Below the pieces are notes generated by a model. It did not search any database. It had not been told where the DNA came from and saw only the letters and a program-made list of their open reading frames with translations. Shown piece by piece: positions 40,109 through 49,416 of a DNA stretch of 64,000 nucleotides. This DNA is from a virus. The position numbers were made by a program, and so were the translations under genes. The stretch is from the IMG/VR virus record IMGVR_UViG_3300005253_000004, positions 32,001 through 96,000 of that record. The stretch is one strand, 5' to 3'. The first letter of the stretch is position 1, and every line of letters begins with the position of its first letter.

Positions 40109-41257
40109 CTATGTTCCACTGTTAGCGAGGTACGAGCCGTACTCAGCATACATTAGTTTGAAGTATTTATTCTTAGCTGCCTTCACCCTGTCCGCCTCAC
40201 TCAATTTACTGAGTGCGATGATGGTTGCCATCTTGGCGATGAGCAACCCGAACTCAGCCTCCAGCTCGGGGCGCAGCACATACTGGAGTGCCTTGCTCCA
40301 CTTATTCCAGTTCTCCTCGATGTTGATGTGATGCTCAAGTGCAGAGATCGTAGCGTACAACACATCAACCTCTGTCTTGGGCGGGATCGGAGCGTTCGCC
40401 GGGTCCTTGCAGATAACCTCGGGAGCGATCAGCTTGGTCGTGTTGTTGGCGAAGGCAGAGAACGCAATCCCGACACCCGAACCGATGCAACCAACGGCTG
40501 TCTTGTAGAGCCACTCACCTGCGACACCACCCTTCGGATCCATCTTGTACATGGCCTTGCTCATCATCTCCCAAGTCCTCGGCGTAGCAAAGGCTTTCTC
40601 TGCTGCTGCGAGCTTGACCACCTCGGCAAAGGTGTTCAGACATTGAGGCATTCTCCGAATGAAGGCAGTAATCAGGGGGTTGATATGGTTATCAATCGCC
40701 CACTCCAACCACGAGTCTACGTCTGTCTTGGCGTAGTAATGCTTCATCCGATTAGCTAGAGCCATCGGCATCTCAAATGCCGCTGACTTGTCCTCGACCC
40801 TGTTCCCCGCAGCTATGATATAGACGTTATCACGGAGCTGAAGGTTCCCTACTTTCTTCTCACCGAACACCTTGAAGCAGGCAGCCTGTGTCTGCTCATG
40901 CCCTGTCACGATGTCATCAAAGAAGATAACCATCTTCTTCTTCTGCCATTCGGGAGGTGCCTCGGTGCTGGCATGGTACGCCCAGATGGGAGCGAGGATC
41001 CGAGTAGCCACAGCCTCACCCTTGTGCTTGTACTCAAACGGCACACCACTGATATCGGTGGGCTCCGAGCATCCAGCGAGAACCAGCACGATCTCATGCG
41101 GATCCTCTTTCCTTGAGAACACAGCCTTGGTTGCCTCGGTCTTGCCAATACCGGGAGGACCCCAGATCATAGTGGCAAACTCAGGCCCTAGCCTGTACAC
41201 GATGTCAAGGATCTCACTCACATTCTGCTGGCAGATTTCCTGTCCTGCTGTTCCCAT
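40109..41257 (-). CDS. MoxR-like AAA+ ATPase (partner of VWA protein)
   Basis: WGPPGIGKT, IFFDD, IIAAGNR, ALANR, TPRTW. Confidence 0.9.
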   Translation of the reverse strand: MGTAGQEICQQNVSEILDIVYRLGPEFATMIWGPPGIGKTEATKAVFSRKEDPHEIVLVLAGCSEPTDISGVPFEYKHKGEAVATRILAPIWAYHASTEAPPEWQKKKMVIFFDDIVTGHEQTQAACFKVFGEKKVGNLQLRDNVYIIAAGNRVEDKSAAFEMPMALANRMKHYYAKTDVDSWLEWAIDNHINPLITAFIRRMPQCLNTFAEVVKLAAAEKAFATPRTWEMMSKAMYKMDPKGGVAGEWLYKTAVGCIGSGVGIAFSAFANNTTKLIAPEVICKDPANAPIPPKTEVDVLYATISALEHHINIEENWNKWSKALQYVLRPELEAEFGLLIAKMATIIALSKLSEADRVKAAKNKYFKLMYAEYGSYLANSGT

Positions 41258-41258
41258 T

Positions 41259-41501
41259 TTACTTCTCCTCTTTGGTGTTGTTGTTGAAGCGTGATTCGTC
41301 TGCTGCGTCCATGAAACCTACACCACCTGGGGGCATGTTACCCCATAGGTACTCGGTTATTTCTTCTGCGGTGTCACCAGGTATACCTATAGAAATCACA
41401 TACCTTTTTACTTGCTCTGGCTTTCGTTTCATTGCGGCCTTTACGAGGTTACTTAGCATGTCTTTAGTCATTGCTTTACCCGATGGTTTAAATCTACTCA
41501 T
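41259..41501 (-). CDS. hypothetical protein
   Basis: 80 aa, GGAGG RBS. Confidence 0.6.
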   Translation of the reverse strand: MSRFKPSGKAMTKDMLSNLVKAAMKRKPEQVKRYVISIGIPGDTAEEITEYLWGNMPPGGVGFMDAADESRFNNNTKEEK

Positions 41502-41794
41502 GTTCCTCCTTCGAGCCCCCAGTTTCTTAAGCGTACAACTGCTTGTATCCCATCAGGTACAGGCGCCTCGCAATGCAAACAAATTGGATCGCAATCTATC
41601 TCCCAACAATACTCACCATAGTAGAATTTAGGGTCGCCGGGTGCAGGCTTATTAGGGTTGTAGCTAAGAGTACACGCTTCATGCGATCCATAAACGTGCT
41701 GTGTTCTGTAATCGGTTCCGCTGTCGTGTATGACAGCCCATCCTTCAGACTCAAGGAGCAACTCTTCTTTGTCTAACAACTCAATTGCCTTCAT
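41498..41794 (-). CDS. Zn-finger family member
   Basis: EGWAV..SHEAC..CLHCEAPVPDGIQAVV. Confidence 0.8.
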   Translation of the reverse strand: MKAIELLDKEELLLESEGWAVIHDSGTDYRTQHVYGSHEACTLSYNPNKPAPGDPKFYYGEYCWEIDCDPICLHCEAPVPDGIQAVVRLRNWGLEGGT

Positions 41795-41796
41795 GG

Positions 41797-42147
41797 TTAC
41801 TTCCCCACATCTGAGAGTAGGACGTAGTGTACCAACTCCTTGAAGGCATCACTCATCTCACTCAGTTCTTTCTGACAGTCACACAGTTCCTCTCCAGGTT
41901 CTTCGCTGGAGTCTTTGGAACACGCTGATACCCCTGCTCTACCGTACCTGTGGGAATCCCAATCCTTTGCTGACACCACCTTGAGGGTGGTCGTGCTGAT
42001 GCTGTCACCTTCAAAGACATCGAGAATCTTGAGTACAGTGCCGGGTTCAAGCACATCGTTGGTTGTCACGACGGCGGGGTAATAGATATACATGGTGTTC
42101 GTACCCGGCCTGATCTTCCTCGGTCGCTGTAGTAACGATAGGTTCAT
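41797..42147 (-). CDS. hypothetical protein
   Basis: 116 aa, GGAG RBS. Confidence 0.65.
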   Translation of the reverse strand: MNLSLLQRPRKIRPGTNTMYIYYPAVVTTNDVLEPGTVLKILDVFEGDSISTTTLKVVSAKDWDSHRYGRAGVSACSKDSSEEPGEELCDCQKELSEMSDAFKELVHYVLLSDVGK

Positions 42148-42177
42148 TGGTTTTTCTCCATTCGCTCGACATACAGC

Positions 42178-42528
42178 TTACTTGATTTCGGGCAGGTTGT
42201 CAAGTCCACCTCCCTTGGTGTCGTACTGTAGGCTATAGAGTGTAACCCCAAAGAGGTTCGTCTCCTCTTTGAGTACACCCTTAGCTATGTACTCGTCCTT
42301 GATGATGGTGAACTCCTTGCTGGTGCAACCGCAATGCTTTCGTATGTCCTCCTCGTCAAGAGCAGCACCTCCACCCTTGACAACCACCGCCTCCAAGAAC
42401 ATGTACCTGTTGAACACACCGTGTGTGATAGCCGGAGGCATCGCCTTCATCAGCCCTTCGATTGCCTCAGTCACCACCGGGTTGAGGGTAGGTCCTTGGC
42501 ACGCCTCTGCTTCTGCTCGTTCACTCAT
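42178..42528 (-). CDS. hypothetical protein (possible winged helix)
   Basis: Helical pattern ..IAKGVL..Y.L. Confidence 0.6.
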   Translation of the reverse strand: MSERAEAEACQGPTLNPVVTEAIEGLMKAMPPAITHGVFNRYMFLEAVVVKGGGAALDEEDIRKHCGCTSKEFTIIKDEYIAKGVLKEETNLFGVTLYSLQYDTKGGGLDNLPEIK

Positions 42529-42803
42529 CCCGACACCTCAAGGCAGTACTGGTACAAGGGGCGCTGCCGTTGGTTGGTATGCATCCTACCCGTGCCGACC
42601 TTGCGTGCCTTACGGTCACGGGACTCAGCCCTTGCGTTCTCTTTTTCCAAGAGATTAGAAACAAGCGCATGACCTATCGGGATCTCGGTTGCCGGATCCT
42701 CCTCTCCGTAGTGGTCGATGTACCTGTGTGTGGGCATCTGATGTATCTTCTTGCACACCCGACACCGCCTTGTAACATAGACACGGAACTTAACTTTCGT
42801 CAT
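42525..42803 (-). CDS. hypothetical protein
   Basis: CRVC; GGGAG RBS. Confidence 0.6.
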   Translation of the reverse strand: MTKVKFRVYVTRRCRVCKKIHQMPTHRYIDHYGEEDPATEIPIGHALVSNLLEKENARAESRDRKARKVGTGRMHTNQRQRPLYQYCLEVSG

Positions 42804-42830
42804 GTCGTTCTCCCTTTCTGTGGTTGTACC

Positions 42831-42995
42831 TTACACCTTCTTAGGATAGAAGTGATCTCGTAGATCAAACTTATCATCCTCATCGCAATGCTTCTGCCAA
42901 TGGAAATCACACACACTAACACACCGAGTGCGCTTTTTGAAGGCAGCGTACTCTAAGTAGAAGAATCGTCTACACCTCTTAACATCACAGTTCAT
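42831..42995 (-). CDS. small Cys/His protein
   Basis: MNCDVKRC..VCDFHW. Confidence 0.55.
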   Translation of the reverse strand: MNCDVKRCRRFFYLEYAAFKKRTRCVSVCDFHWQKHCDEDDKFDLRDHFYPKKV

Positions 42996-43222
42996 TGTCC
43001 CTTCTCTCTGTTCTTCTTGATTAGTTTGTTGGCGTAGTCTTGAAACCACTCAGCCCATTCTTCATCCTCGACCCAAGTATGGTCCTCTTCACGTTGGGCA
43101 ACGTGGAGGCAGAACATATTGAATACTGAGTCCACTTCAGGCTCAGACTCAAGGCAAAACTCCAACAAATCCAACACCTTACGCCGGTGCTTGTCCATCA
43201 AGGGCTTGCGTGTGATACTCAT
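42992..43222 (-). CDS. hypothetical protein
   Basis: 76 aa, coupled. Confidence 0.6.
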   Translation of the reverse strand: MSITRKPLMDKHRRKVLDLLEFCLESEPEVDSVFNMFCLHVAQREEDHTWVEDEEWAEWFQDYANKLIKKNREKGQ

Positions 43223-43313
43223 AGCACTGTACTACACAGCGCACCTGCTATAGCGATGAACGCCAACTCCCCGAGGAGTATGATCCAACCACTCGCTCGC
43301 TGTAGTCTACTCA

Positions 43314-43538
43314 TCACACATCCCCTCTGAATGATGCTGACTTTTCCCACTCAACAGCCACCTCAACGATGGACCCTGCATCAATACCACCAGCAAGACG
43401 CTGCGCTTCCTTGCAATGCCCATGCCCGCTGAAGATGAGCTTCTTTAGTTGCTGTTCATTGGTACGCTTGCCCCGCTCAGCTTGTCGTGCCTCTGCTGCT
43501 GTGCGTCGTGCCTCCTTAGCAACTCTACCTTTTCTCAT
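43314..43538 (-). CDS. hypothetical protein
   Basis: 74 aa, basic. Confidence 0.6.
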   Translation of the reverse strand: MRKGRVAKEARRTAAEARQAERGKRTNEQQLKKLIFSGHGHCKEAQRLAGGIDAGSIVEVAVEWEKSASFRGDV

Positions 43539-43722
43539 CGTCCTCGTCCTTTCTTGTCTCTACGCTGTGAAGTATCTCTTTCTGTAGGCTATCGGGCTGT
43601 GTCACCTTGCGTACCCGGCGTAGCCCTGCCTCATCGGGGCGTCCGATCTTGCGTGCTATCTGCTCGTCAGTCATCCCTTTCAGTGCCATCTTCTTGATCC
43701 GCTCGTCGGTTTGATTGAACAT
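43525..43722 (-). CDS. small helix-turn-helix protein
   Basis: IKKMALKGMTDEQIARKIGR. Confidence 0.7.
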   Translation of the reverse strand: MFNQTDERIKKMALKGMTDEQIARKIGRPDEAGLRRVRKVTQPDSLQKEILHSVETRKDEDDEKR

Positions 43723-44041
43723 CTTTCTCCTCCGCAACCCGCATCGCCTGTGTCAGCTCAAGTTCGACCTCTTTCATGGTAGCATGGAAAGCTTCGGTTG
43801 CTTCCTTGATCCTCTGCTCTTGGTCATTGGTGAGCTTCACGCTGACTTTATTGGTGCTTTTGTTTTTGAGGGCTTTGCGTGCCTTGTACACCCACCACAT
43901 AACACACGCAGCCATTGCGATAGCCCAGCCTGTGCTTGGGTCCTCGTCGCTCAACTGCAAGACCATAGCCAGTAGGCACCACACCGCTGCGAACAGCGCA
44001 CCTTGGAATGTTTCGAACCATGTAAAAAACCTGTGAAACAT
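43667..44041 (-). CDS. two-TM membrane protein
   Basis: Two hydrophobic helices then coiled coil. Confidence 0.65.
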   Translation of the reverse strand: MFHRFFTWFETFQGALFAAVWCLLAMVLQLSDEDPSTGWAIAMAACVMWWVYKARKALKNKSTNKVSVKLTNDQEQRIKEATEAFHATMKEVELELTQAMRVAEEKDVQSNRRADQEDGTERDD

Positions 44042-44045
44042 TACG

Positions 44046-44216
44046 TCACTCCTCTTTGTCTGTCAAAGCAAGCACGTCTGTCACGTACCTAAGGCACGAT
44101 GGGTGGTGATCGTTGATACAACCAACATCATCGCATCCGTTTACTCTGCTCTTGAAGCACGCTATTACACCCAAGAGACAGGTTCGTATCGCTTTGTACT
44201 TCTCTTTGTCTGTCAT
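44046..44216 (-). CDS. small hypothetical protein
   Basis: Start re-called at MTDKEKY. Confidence 0.5.
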   Translation of the reverse strand: MTDKEKYKAIRTCLLGVIACFKSRVNGCDDVGCINDHHPSCLRYVTDVLALTDKEE

Positions 44217-44319
44217 ATACTTATGCCGCCTGTGATTCGGGTGAACATTGATGTGATCTGCTCTGCGTAATGGACATGAGCAAGCCACCCTAGTACTACT
44301 CCGACGATCAGTCTTAGCA

Positions 44320-44730
44320 TTACTTATCTCCTTCCTCTTTGAATGTGAACGAGTAGCTCTTGCCATCGACAATGCACAGTGCTTCCTTTTCCTTCTTCTT
44401 CTGCTCCTTTAGGTGCTTGGCGAGGCTCTTGTCGTATGCCTTCTTGTTCTTGCTGGTCCACTCAACGAGGTAGTCCACCACATCGAGTGCCGAGTGGCAG
44501 CACGCATTACAGACATGGTGTCTTTCCAGATTCCACTGGTTGTTTGGGTGCGTCCACGAGCAGTACCTAGTGGGTCCGACCTCCCACTGAGCCATGAAGT
44601 ATGTCTCGTCACGCAACCAATCTTGGCACCGCTCACACTGGACCCAGTATTTCTCTTTCTCCTTCCACTCCGACTGGTTGATCTCTTTGATCTCGGCCGC
44701 TTGGTGATGCCGTGTGTCTAGTCTCATCAC
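44320..44730 (-). CDS. zinc-binding hypothetical protein
   Basis: CERC..CNAC. Confidence 0.65.
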   Translation of the reverse strand: MMRLDTRHHQAAEIKEINQSEWKEKEKYWVQCERCQDWLRDETYFMAQWEVGPTRYCSWTHPNNQWNLERHHVCNACCHSALDVVDYLVEWTSKNKKAYDKSLAKHLKEQKKKEKEALCIVDGKSYSFTFKEEGDK

Positions 44731-44961
44731 TTCTCCTCATTGGACAACGAGCCATCGCTCTTGCTCATGTAACAGTCACCGATGGCCTTCATCGGTGCGT
44801 AACACCACGCGCATGGTTGGTTGTTCTTCACGCATTGTGCCTCATGGTGGCATTCAGTGCAATGTATTGTCATACTACCTCCGTGCTGTGACGGTAAAGA
44901 ACAACCAAGATACCAAAACAATTCCTACAAAATGATACCACTCCATAGCGTACTCCAGTGA

Positions 44962-45030
44962 CTATGATGCTTCATGCAGCATAGACCAATGGCTACAAGG
45001 CCCGGAGACCCCGTGCCATTGAGCTATGCT
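44962..45030 (-). ncRNA. intercistronic structured RNA element A, copy 1
   Basis: AGCATAG-CT-CAATGGC..GCCATTG-GT-CTATGCT plus alternative CTATG..CATAG hairpin. Confidence 0.7.
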
Positions 45031-45031
45031 A

Positions 45032-45418
45032 CTAGCTGGCCTTGAAAGTACCGGCCTTGTTCTTCGTGCCCATCACCACAAAGCTCGGAACGTGCTCAGA
45101 CTGGATACTCCAAGCACCTTCGCTCTTTGAGAAACGAGCCTTGCCTCGGCCAGATGCACCGAAGCGGATCTTCTTGATCTCTTTCAGCACGGCCTCGGCC
45201 TCCGGGTTACCCCGAGGTGAACCGAGCGGCATGTCATTGGAGTCCACGAACTCCATGAATACGTACTCCGTGCCGTACTCGTCGCTGTTCTTGTCGTTCC
45301 GGTACCCGATGACTCGTCCGAAACTCCCTTTGGACTTCGGGCTTTCGCTCTTCTTGATGAAGGCTTCGAGGCGAGCGAGTTCCGCTTTCTGCTGCTTGAG
45401 TGTCATCTTCTTGGGCAT
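45032..45418 (-). CDS. early protein, paralog of 51305 and 51882 (HARP/DUF5710-like GxARW..WS motif)
   Basis: KKIRFGASGRGKARFSKSEGAWSI shared with two paralogs. Confidence 0.75.
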   Translation of the reverse strand: MPKKMTLKQQKAELARLEAFIKKSESPKSKGSFGRVIGYRNDKNSDEYGTEYVFMEFVDSNDMPLGSPRGNPEAEAVLKEIKKIRFGASGRGKARFSKSEGAWSIQSEHVPSFVVMGTKNKAGTFKAS

Positions 45419-45430
45419 TTGGATCTCCTA

Positions 45431-45541
45431 TTGAGGGCCTCTAGTGTGGCACTATGCCTCACTAGCTAACCCTCAGCGTGCTGGTCCCATTGACCAACAC
45501 ATCCATTGAGGCACACCACCTCAATGAATCTGCCGGTCGAT
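45431..45541 (-). promoter_or_regulatory. structured 5' leader with two long hairpins
   Basis: TCGACCGGCAGATTCATTGAGG/CCTCAATGGATGTGTTGGTCAA and TGAGGG..CTAGTG/CACTAG..CCCTCA stems. Confidence 0.6.
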
Positions 45542-45549
45542 CTGCCTAC

Positions 45550-45578
45550 ATTTTGACATAACTTGAGCAGGTTGTCAA
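45550..45578 (-). promoter_or_regulatory. sigma-70 promoter TTGACA-N17-CAAAAT
   Basis: Perfect -35, 17-bp spacer, TG-extended -10, directly before the structured leader. Confidence 0.65.
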
Positions 45579-45719
45579 CTCACCTCCTTAGCATTACAGT
45601 CAGTGCAAGTGTGCTTCCTCCCTGTCCAATGATAGTAGCAGCCAACGGAACAGATAAAATCATACCTTCTGACCGGATAGAATACCCACGGATACTGAAG
45701 GACCTTCATAAACGACACC

Positions 45720-45950
45720 TCAGCCAGTATCATACGCACCCTTCCTTCGTACCACGTTGTGCATCGTCACACCAGACACCTTGTAATGGGTGGCTAGGGC
45801 CTTGAGTGTAGTACCCTCGACGAAGAACTCCTTGCGGCACCGAGCCACCTGTGAGGGTGTCAGCTTCTTTCCCTTGTCTTTGGAACTCATGTTCTTGTTC
45901 AGACCAAGCAAGTGCATGGCTTCTCCTATTTCGATGGGCTTGTGTCTCAT
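45720..45950 (-). CDS. helix-turn-helix protein
   Basis: KLTPSQVARCR..TLKALATHYKVSGVTMHNVVRRK. Confidence 0.7.
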   Translation of the reverse strand: MRHKPIEIGEAMHLLGLNKNMSSKDKGKKLTPSQVARCRKEFFVEGTTLKALATHYKVSGVTMHNVVRRKGAYDTG

Positions 45951-46286
45951 TTCAGCTCCTTCAGTCGTCGTTCATGTTACGGCCACAGAATATACGCAGC
46001 CACCAAGGCTTGCGAAGCTTCTTGAACACCGCTCTACCACAAGCGCAGTGCCAATCTACCCAGTGCCAATCTACCCACCACCCAGGCCACCGCTCTCTCA
46101 AGGATCTGACTATTCTCTCCGCCGGTTCAGCAGTTAGATAATCATAGAACAGTACCTCTCCAGCCATGTAAACGGAGTTCTTACAAGGTTTGTACTTTTG
46201 TGCCTTGTCATAATCATGCGCTGCACACAAGCACTCGACGTTGCAGCTTACATCCTCCGATAGATTGTGTCTCATTTCAGCTCCTT
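45940..46286. repeat. 22-bp perfect direct repeat (45940-45961, 46265-46286) covering RBS and first codons
   Basis: TTGTGTCTCATTTCAGCTCCTT twice. Confidence 0.9.
45961..46275 (-). CDS. hypothetical protein
   Basis: MRHNLS..; 15-bp internal duplication (WVDWH x2) at 46046-46075. Confidence 0.6.
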   Translation of the reverse strand: MRHNLSEDVSCNVECLCAAHDYDKAQKYKPCKNSVYMAGEVLFYDYLTAEPAERIVRSLRERWPGWWVDWHWVDWHCACGRAVFKKLRKPWWLRIFCGRNMNDD

Positions 46287-46409
46287 TCTTACAGTACACT
46301 GAGTAGCAAGCAGGCTAGCACACCTAGTAATGCGGCGCGTAGCCGTAGTATTGTATCTCGGTTCTTGAATCTTTCTCCTATGACCTCAAGCAACTGTTCA
46401 TCGCTCATT

Positions 46410-46598
46410 TTAGCTCCTTTTACACACTCTGGAGAAGCATAGCTTAGCAGACGAGGACAGTCCTCGTTGCGTAGAGTCAGTGCAGACCTTGCCTCTCTCA
46501 TAGGTGATGATGTTGCCTAATCTTTGGTTCTCTTCGATGTCGAGGCAGCAGCCTGAAATCCAAGGCAGCAGCAGCAGTACAACGATCAGGTATCTCAC
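46410..46598 (-). CDS. small lipoprotein-like protein
   Basis: GTG start; MRYLIVVLLLLPWISGC lipobox-like. Confidence 0.55.
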   Translation of the reverse strand: MRYLIVVLLLLPWISGCCLDIEENQRLGNIITYERGKVCTDSTQRGLSSSAKLCFSRVCKRS

Positions 46599-46894
46599 TA
46601 TGTCTCCTCGTTCTCGCAACGGTTGCCATACCAAACCAACTCTTGCATTCCTATTACTTGGTCGGGTGCTGACTCTCCGCACACCTGACAAGACCAGCCC
46701 TCCTTGAAATCGTAGTTGCAGTAGGCATACACAGAGTCTACTGAGTTGGCTTCGGTACATCTTGCATCATTAATGTGCTTGTGTCTAGCACCAGCATTCC
46801 ATTGGCGTCCCATGTGCCGATACCTATGGATCACCCAGTTATCTTCCAAATCTAGGTAGGTATCCTCTATAAAGCTTTTGAAGTGCCTGCTCAC
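46598..46894 (-). CDS. Zn-finger family member
   Basis: EDNWVI..RHKH..CQVCGESAPDQVIGM. Confidence 0.8.
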   Translation of the reverse strand: MSRHFKSFIEDTYLDLEDNWVIHRYRHMGRQWNAGARHKHINDARCTEANSVDSVYAYCNYDFKEGWSCQVCGESAPDQVIGMQELVWYGNRCENEET

Positions 46895-47061
46895 TGTATC
46901 TCCAAATCATTCCAATGAAAGTTCGGATGACATGCCAAGATACCAGCACGGTACGCCAACACTATGGCATCATCCATGTCACACTCCAAAGCAGCTAGAT
47001 TCTGTTTTGCTACCTCTGCCTTGAGTTGTTTGATCTTTGCTGCCAGTGTGTCGTTGTCCAT
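46891..47061 (-). CDS. small hypothetical protein
   Basis: Start re-called at MDNDTL. Confidence 0.55.
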   Translation of the reverse strand: MDNDTLAAKIKQLKAEVAKQNLAALECDMDDAIVLAYRAGILACHPNFHWNDLEIQ

Positions 47062-47062
47062 G

Positions 47063-47311
47063 TTACTTCTCCCATGCACACAGGTTGATGAGCCCTTTGA
47101 AATGCTCGGGTATCTCAGCCATGCATACACTACATTGGACTTCACGCTTCAAAGCAGCCCCGTAGCACAGCGTGTCACAGTGGTGTAGATAATACCATGC
47201 TTCGTTGGATGGTGGATACTTTGTATCTCGGGTATACTTTATTATACCCCAACCATCAACCAATGGTGTCTTAGTAAAAACTAAGCCGGTTACGACAAGA
47301 CCATGAGTCAT
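47063..47311 (-). CDS. Zn-finger family member
   Basis: DGWGI..YLHHC..CSVCMAEIPEHFKGL. Confidence 0.8.
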   Translation of the reverse strand: MTHGLVVTGLVFTKTPLVDGWGIIKYTRDTKYPPSNEAWYYLHHCDTLCYGAALKREVQCSVCMAEIPEHFKGLINLCAWEK

Positions 47312-47493
47312 TCAGTCACCTCGATCTTAGCTACACGGTGCCAGAACACAGCACCGTACCTTTGCTTAGCCCCTTCGGCTAGCCACACATGGGCTTGGCC
47401 CTCGTTCTTGAACCCCGACTCGATGATGACCTGAGTACAAGTCACCTCGCCGGTAACATCCTTGTCCTCCAGAGTGAAGATTACTTTAGCCAT
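47308..47493 (-). CDS. small hypothetical protein
   Basis: MAKVIFTL; coupled. Confidence 0.55.
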   Translation of the reverse strand: MAKVIFTLEDKDVTGEVTCTQVIIESGFKNEGQAHVWLAEGAKQRYGAVFWHRVAKIEVTE

Positions 47494-47758
47494 CACTGAC
47501 CCCTTTGGCACCTGCCATGAGCAGCACCATCAAGCCTTGTATCTCATCAGGCACGGGCTCTTCGCAGTAGTAACAAACACACGGATCGTCGGAGGTGAAC
47601 CATGCGTAGCTTCCAGGTCGAACAGTTGTGTTTTTGGATAGCTTACGTACCTTACTGTAAACTTTGAGGTCACACTTATGGTTTGCATAGTACTCAAACA
47701 GGTGCTCTTCTTCGTTATTTATGATGTTCCAATTACCTAGAGTAAACAAGGCCATCAC
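47486..47758 (-). CDS. Zn-finger family member
   Basis: LGNWNI..ANHKC..CYYCEEPVPDEIQGL. Confidence 0.8.
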   Translation of the reverse strand: MMALFTLGNWNIINNEEEHLFEYYANHKCDLKVYSKVRKLSKNTTVRPGSYAWFTSDDPCVCYYCEEPVPDEIQGLMVLLMAGAKGVSDG

Positions 47759-48001
47759 CTGTCTCCTACCCCCTGTTGAGGTACTCGGCCATAGCTAAGG
47801 CACCTACCTCATCGTCCCATTTGTCATACACCACCAAGCCACCCGTTGTATCATCTTGAAGCACAACAAGGTACTTGTTGGCTCCCGTTGCCACCTTGAC
47901 CGTCAACACGTAGTACTCCATGTTACCTCCTTTGTTGACCTGTATTCTACGAAATTGGCCCGTCTAGTACGAATACAGTGGCCTGTCGTACAGGCATGTC
48001 A

Positions 48002-48352
48002 TCAAACTTCTCCATGCTGTTCAATCACAGTGTTGATAACCAACAAGTCACCCTCAGCACGGAGCTTGCTACCCTCAGCATAGAGCTTTTCACCCTCAGC
48101 ACGGAGCTTGCTACCCTCAGCATGGAGGTTTTCACCCTCAGCATAGAGCTTGCTCCCCTCAGCATGGAGGTTTTCACCCTCAGCATAGAGCTTGCTCCCC
48201 TCAGCATGGAGGTTTTCACCCTCAGCATAGAGCTTGCTCCCCTCAGCACGGAGCTTGCTACCCTCAGCATAGAGCTTGCTCCCCTCAGCATAGAGCTTGC
48301 TCCCCTCAGCACGGAGGTTTTCACGTCGTTTCTTTGCTTCTTTGATTGTCAT
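48002..48352 (-). CDS. heptad-repeat protein (xxLxAEG x13)
   Basis: AGGAG RBS; 13 heptads. Confidence 0.75.
   Translation of the reverse strand: MTIKEAKKRRENLRAEGSKLYAEGSKLYAEGSKLRAEGSKLYAEGENLHAEGSKLYAEGENLHAEGSKLYAEGENLHAEGSKLRAEGEKLYAEGSKLRAEGDLLVINTVIEQHGEV
48050..48322. repeat. 21-bp tandem repeat array, about 13 units
   Basis: CCCTCAGCAxxGAG units; variants SKLY/SKLR/ENLH. Confidence 0.95.
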
Positions 48353-48786
48353 GTTATCTCCTATGTTGTACTACAGCAGCTCGCAAGGGAACACCCCTTA
48401 CGGCAGAGTGCTACGGTACTCTGAGATGTCGAACGACATCGCAAGGTAGAAAAACCCAGCGACCACAGCTATGAACACCGCCATCGCAACCCTCACTACC
48501 ACCTACCTCTGACCAGCCCTCGGGACAGGCTGTAGTTCGGATGCACCAGTGTCGGGCTCTTGTCGTTCTCCAAGTACAACCAGATACCCTTGCTACCCTT
48601 GGGACCTCTGGTTGCCAGTCTCAGGGCCTTCTTGAACCACATCGCTTCGATTTGTTTCATGTTACCTCCGTCTTATCCATGAGTCTCTTCAGACTCTTGA
48701 GTTTGCGTATTGCTACCTCTATGCAAGCCCACAGTATAGCAGCAGCACCAACAAATACACCAAGACTAAAACAAAACCAGTCCATG

Positions 48787-49068
48787 TCAGCTCTGTACTA
48801 CATGCTTACAATGGCAGCAACCCTCGGCCTTCACCTCGGATGCCGCTGGGTCGCGCAGGAACTTAGCCCTGGGGCGTTCTATCACGGTGACGTAGTAGGA
48901 CATTGATCCTTTGCTTCCAATACCAGGATCACCAGGATCACCAGAGTCCTCACGTTCCCTCATGTTCTTGACCATGCGGTTCCGGCACTTGTCGGCCGCT
49001 TGGTAGTTATCGAACGGTCCGAGTATGTTGACTCCGGTCCACGTTTGACTTACAATTACATGCTTCAT
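48787..49068 (-). CDS. hypothetical protein
   Basis: AGGAG RBS; GPF...A motif. Confidence 0.65.
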   Translation of the reverse strand: MKHVIVSQTWTGVNILGPFDNYQAADKCRNRMVKNMREREDSGDPGDPGIGSKGSMSYYVTVIERPRAKFLRDPAASEVKAEGCCHCKHVVQS

Positions 49069-49083
49069 TGTGTACTCCTGTGG

Positions 49084-49138
49084 CTATGATGCCTCATGCA
49101 CCATAGACCAATGGCCGAAGCCATTGAGCTAGGGTGCA
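49084..49138 (-). ncRNA. intercistronic structured RNA element A, copy 2
   Basis: TGCACC-CTAG-CT-CAATGGC-TTCG-GCCATTG-GT-CTAT-GGTGCA, with a cUUCGg tetraloop. Confidence 0.75.
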
Positions 49139-49140
49139 AC

Positions 49141-49398
49141 TCAGCTCCTATATATTGAGTCCAACGTCACGTTCACCACCATTTCAATTTTCTCTGCCTT
49201 CTCAGGTGTTACCCCCAAGAGCCCTTCAAACTCCGTGAAACCATAGCCTATGCCTGTCCTGAACGATACCTCTTCATTGAACACGATGCCCAACGCAGAC
49301 CCGTCGCTCTTCAGCGTCATCATAGCCATATCCAGACCGTCAAGCCACCAGCCATCTGGTAGGCTAGGCTTACAGGTACGACGTACTCCTTGCTTCAT
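49141..49398 (-). CDS. hypothetical protein
   Basis: AGGAGG RBS. Confidence 0.6.
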   Translation of the reverse strand: MKQGVRRTCKPSLPDGWWLDGLDMAMMTLKSDGSALGIVFNEEVSFRTGIGYGFTEFEGLLGVTPEKAEKIEMVVNVTLDSIYRS

Positions 49399-49416
49399 TG
49401 GAGCCTCCTTGCTAGT

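Noticed and set aside
48050-48322. Possible CRISPR array
   Set aside because: Contiguous 21-bp coding repeats without unique spacers; no cas genes.
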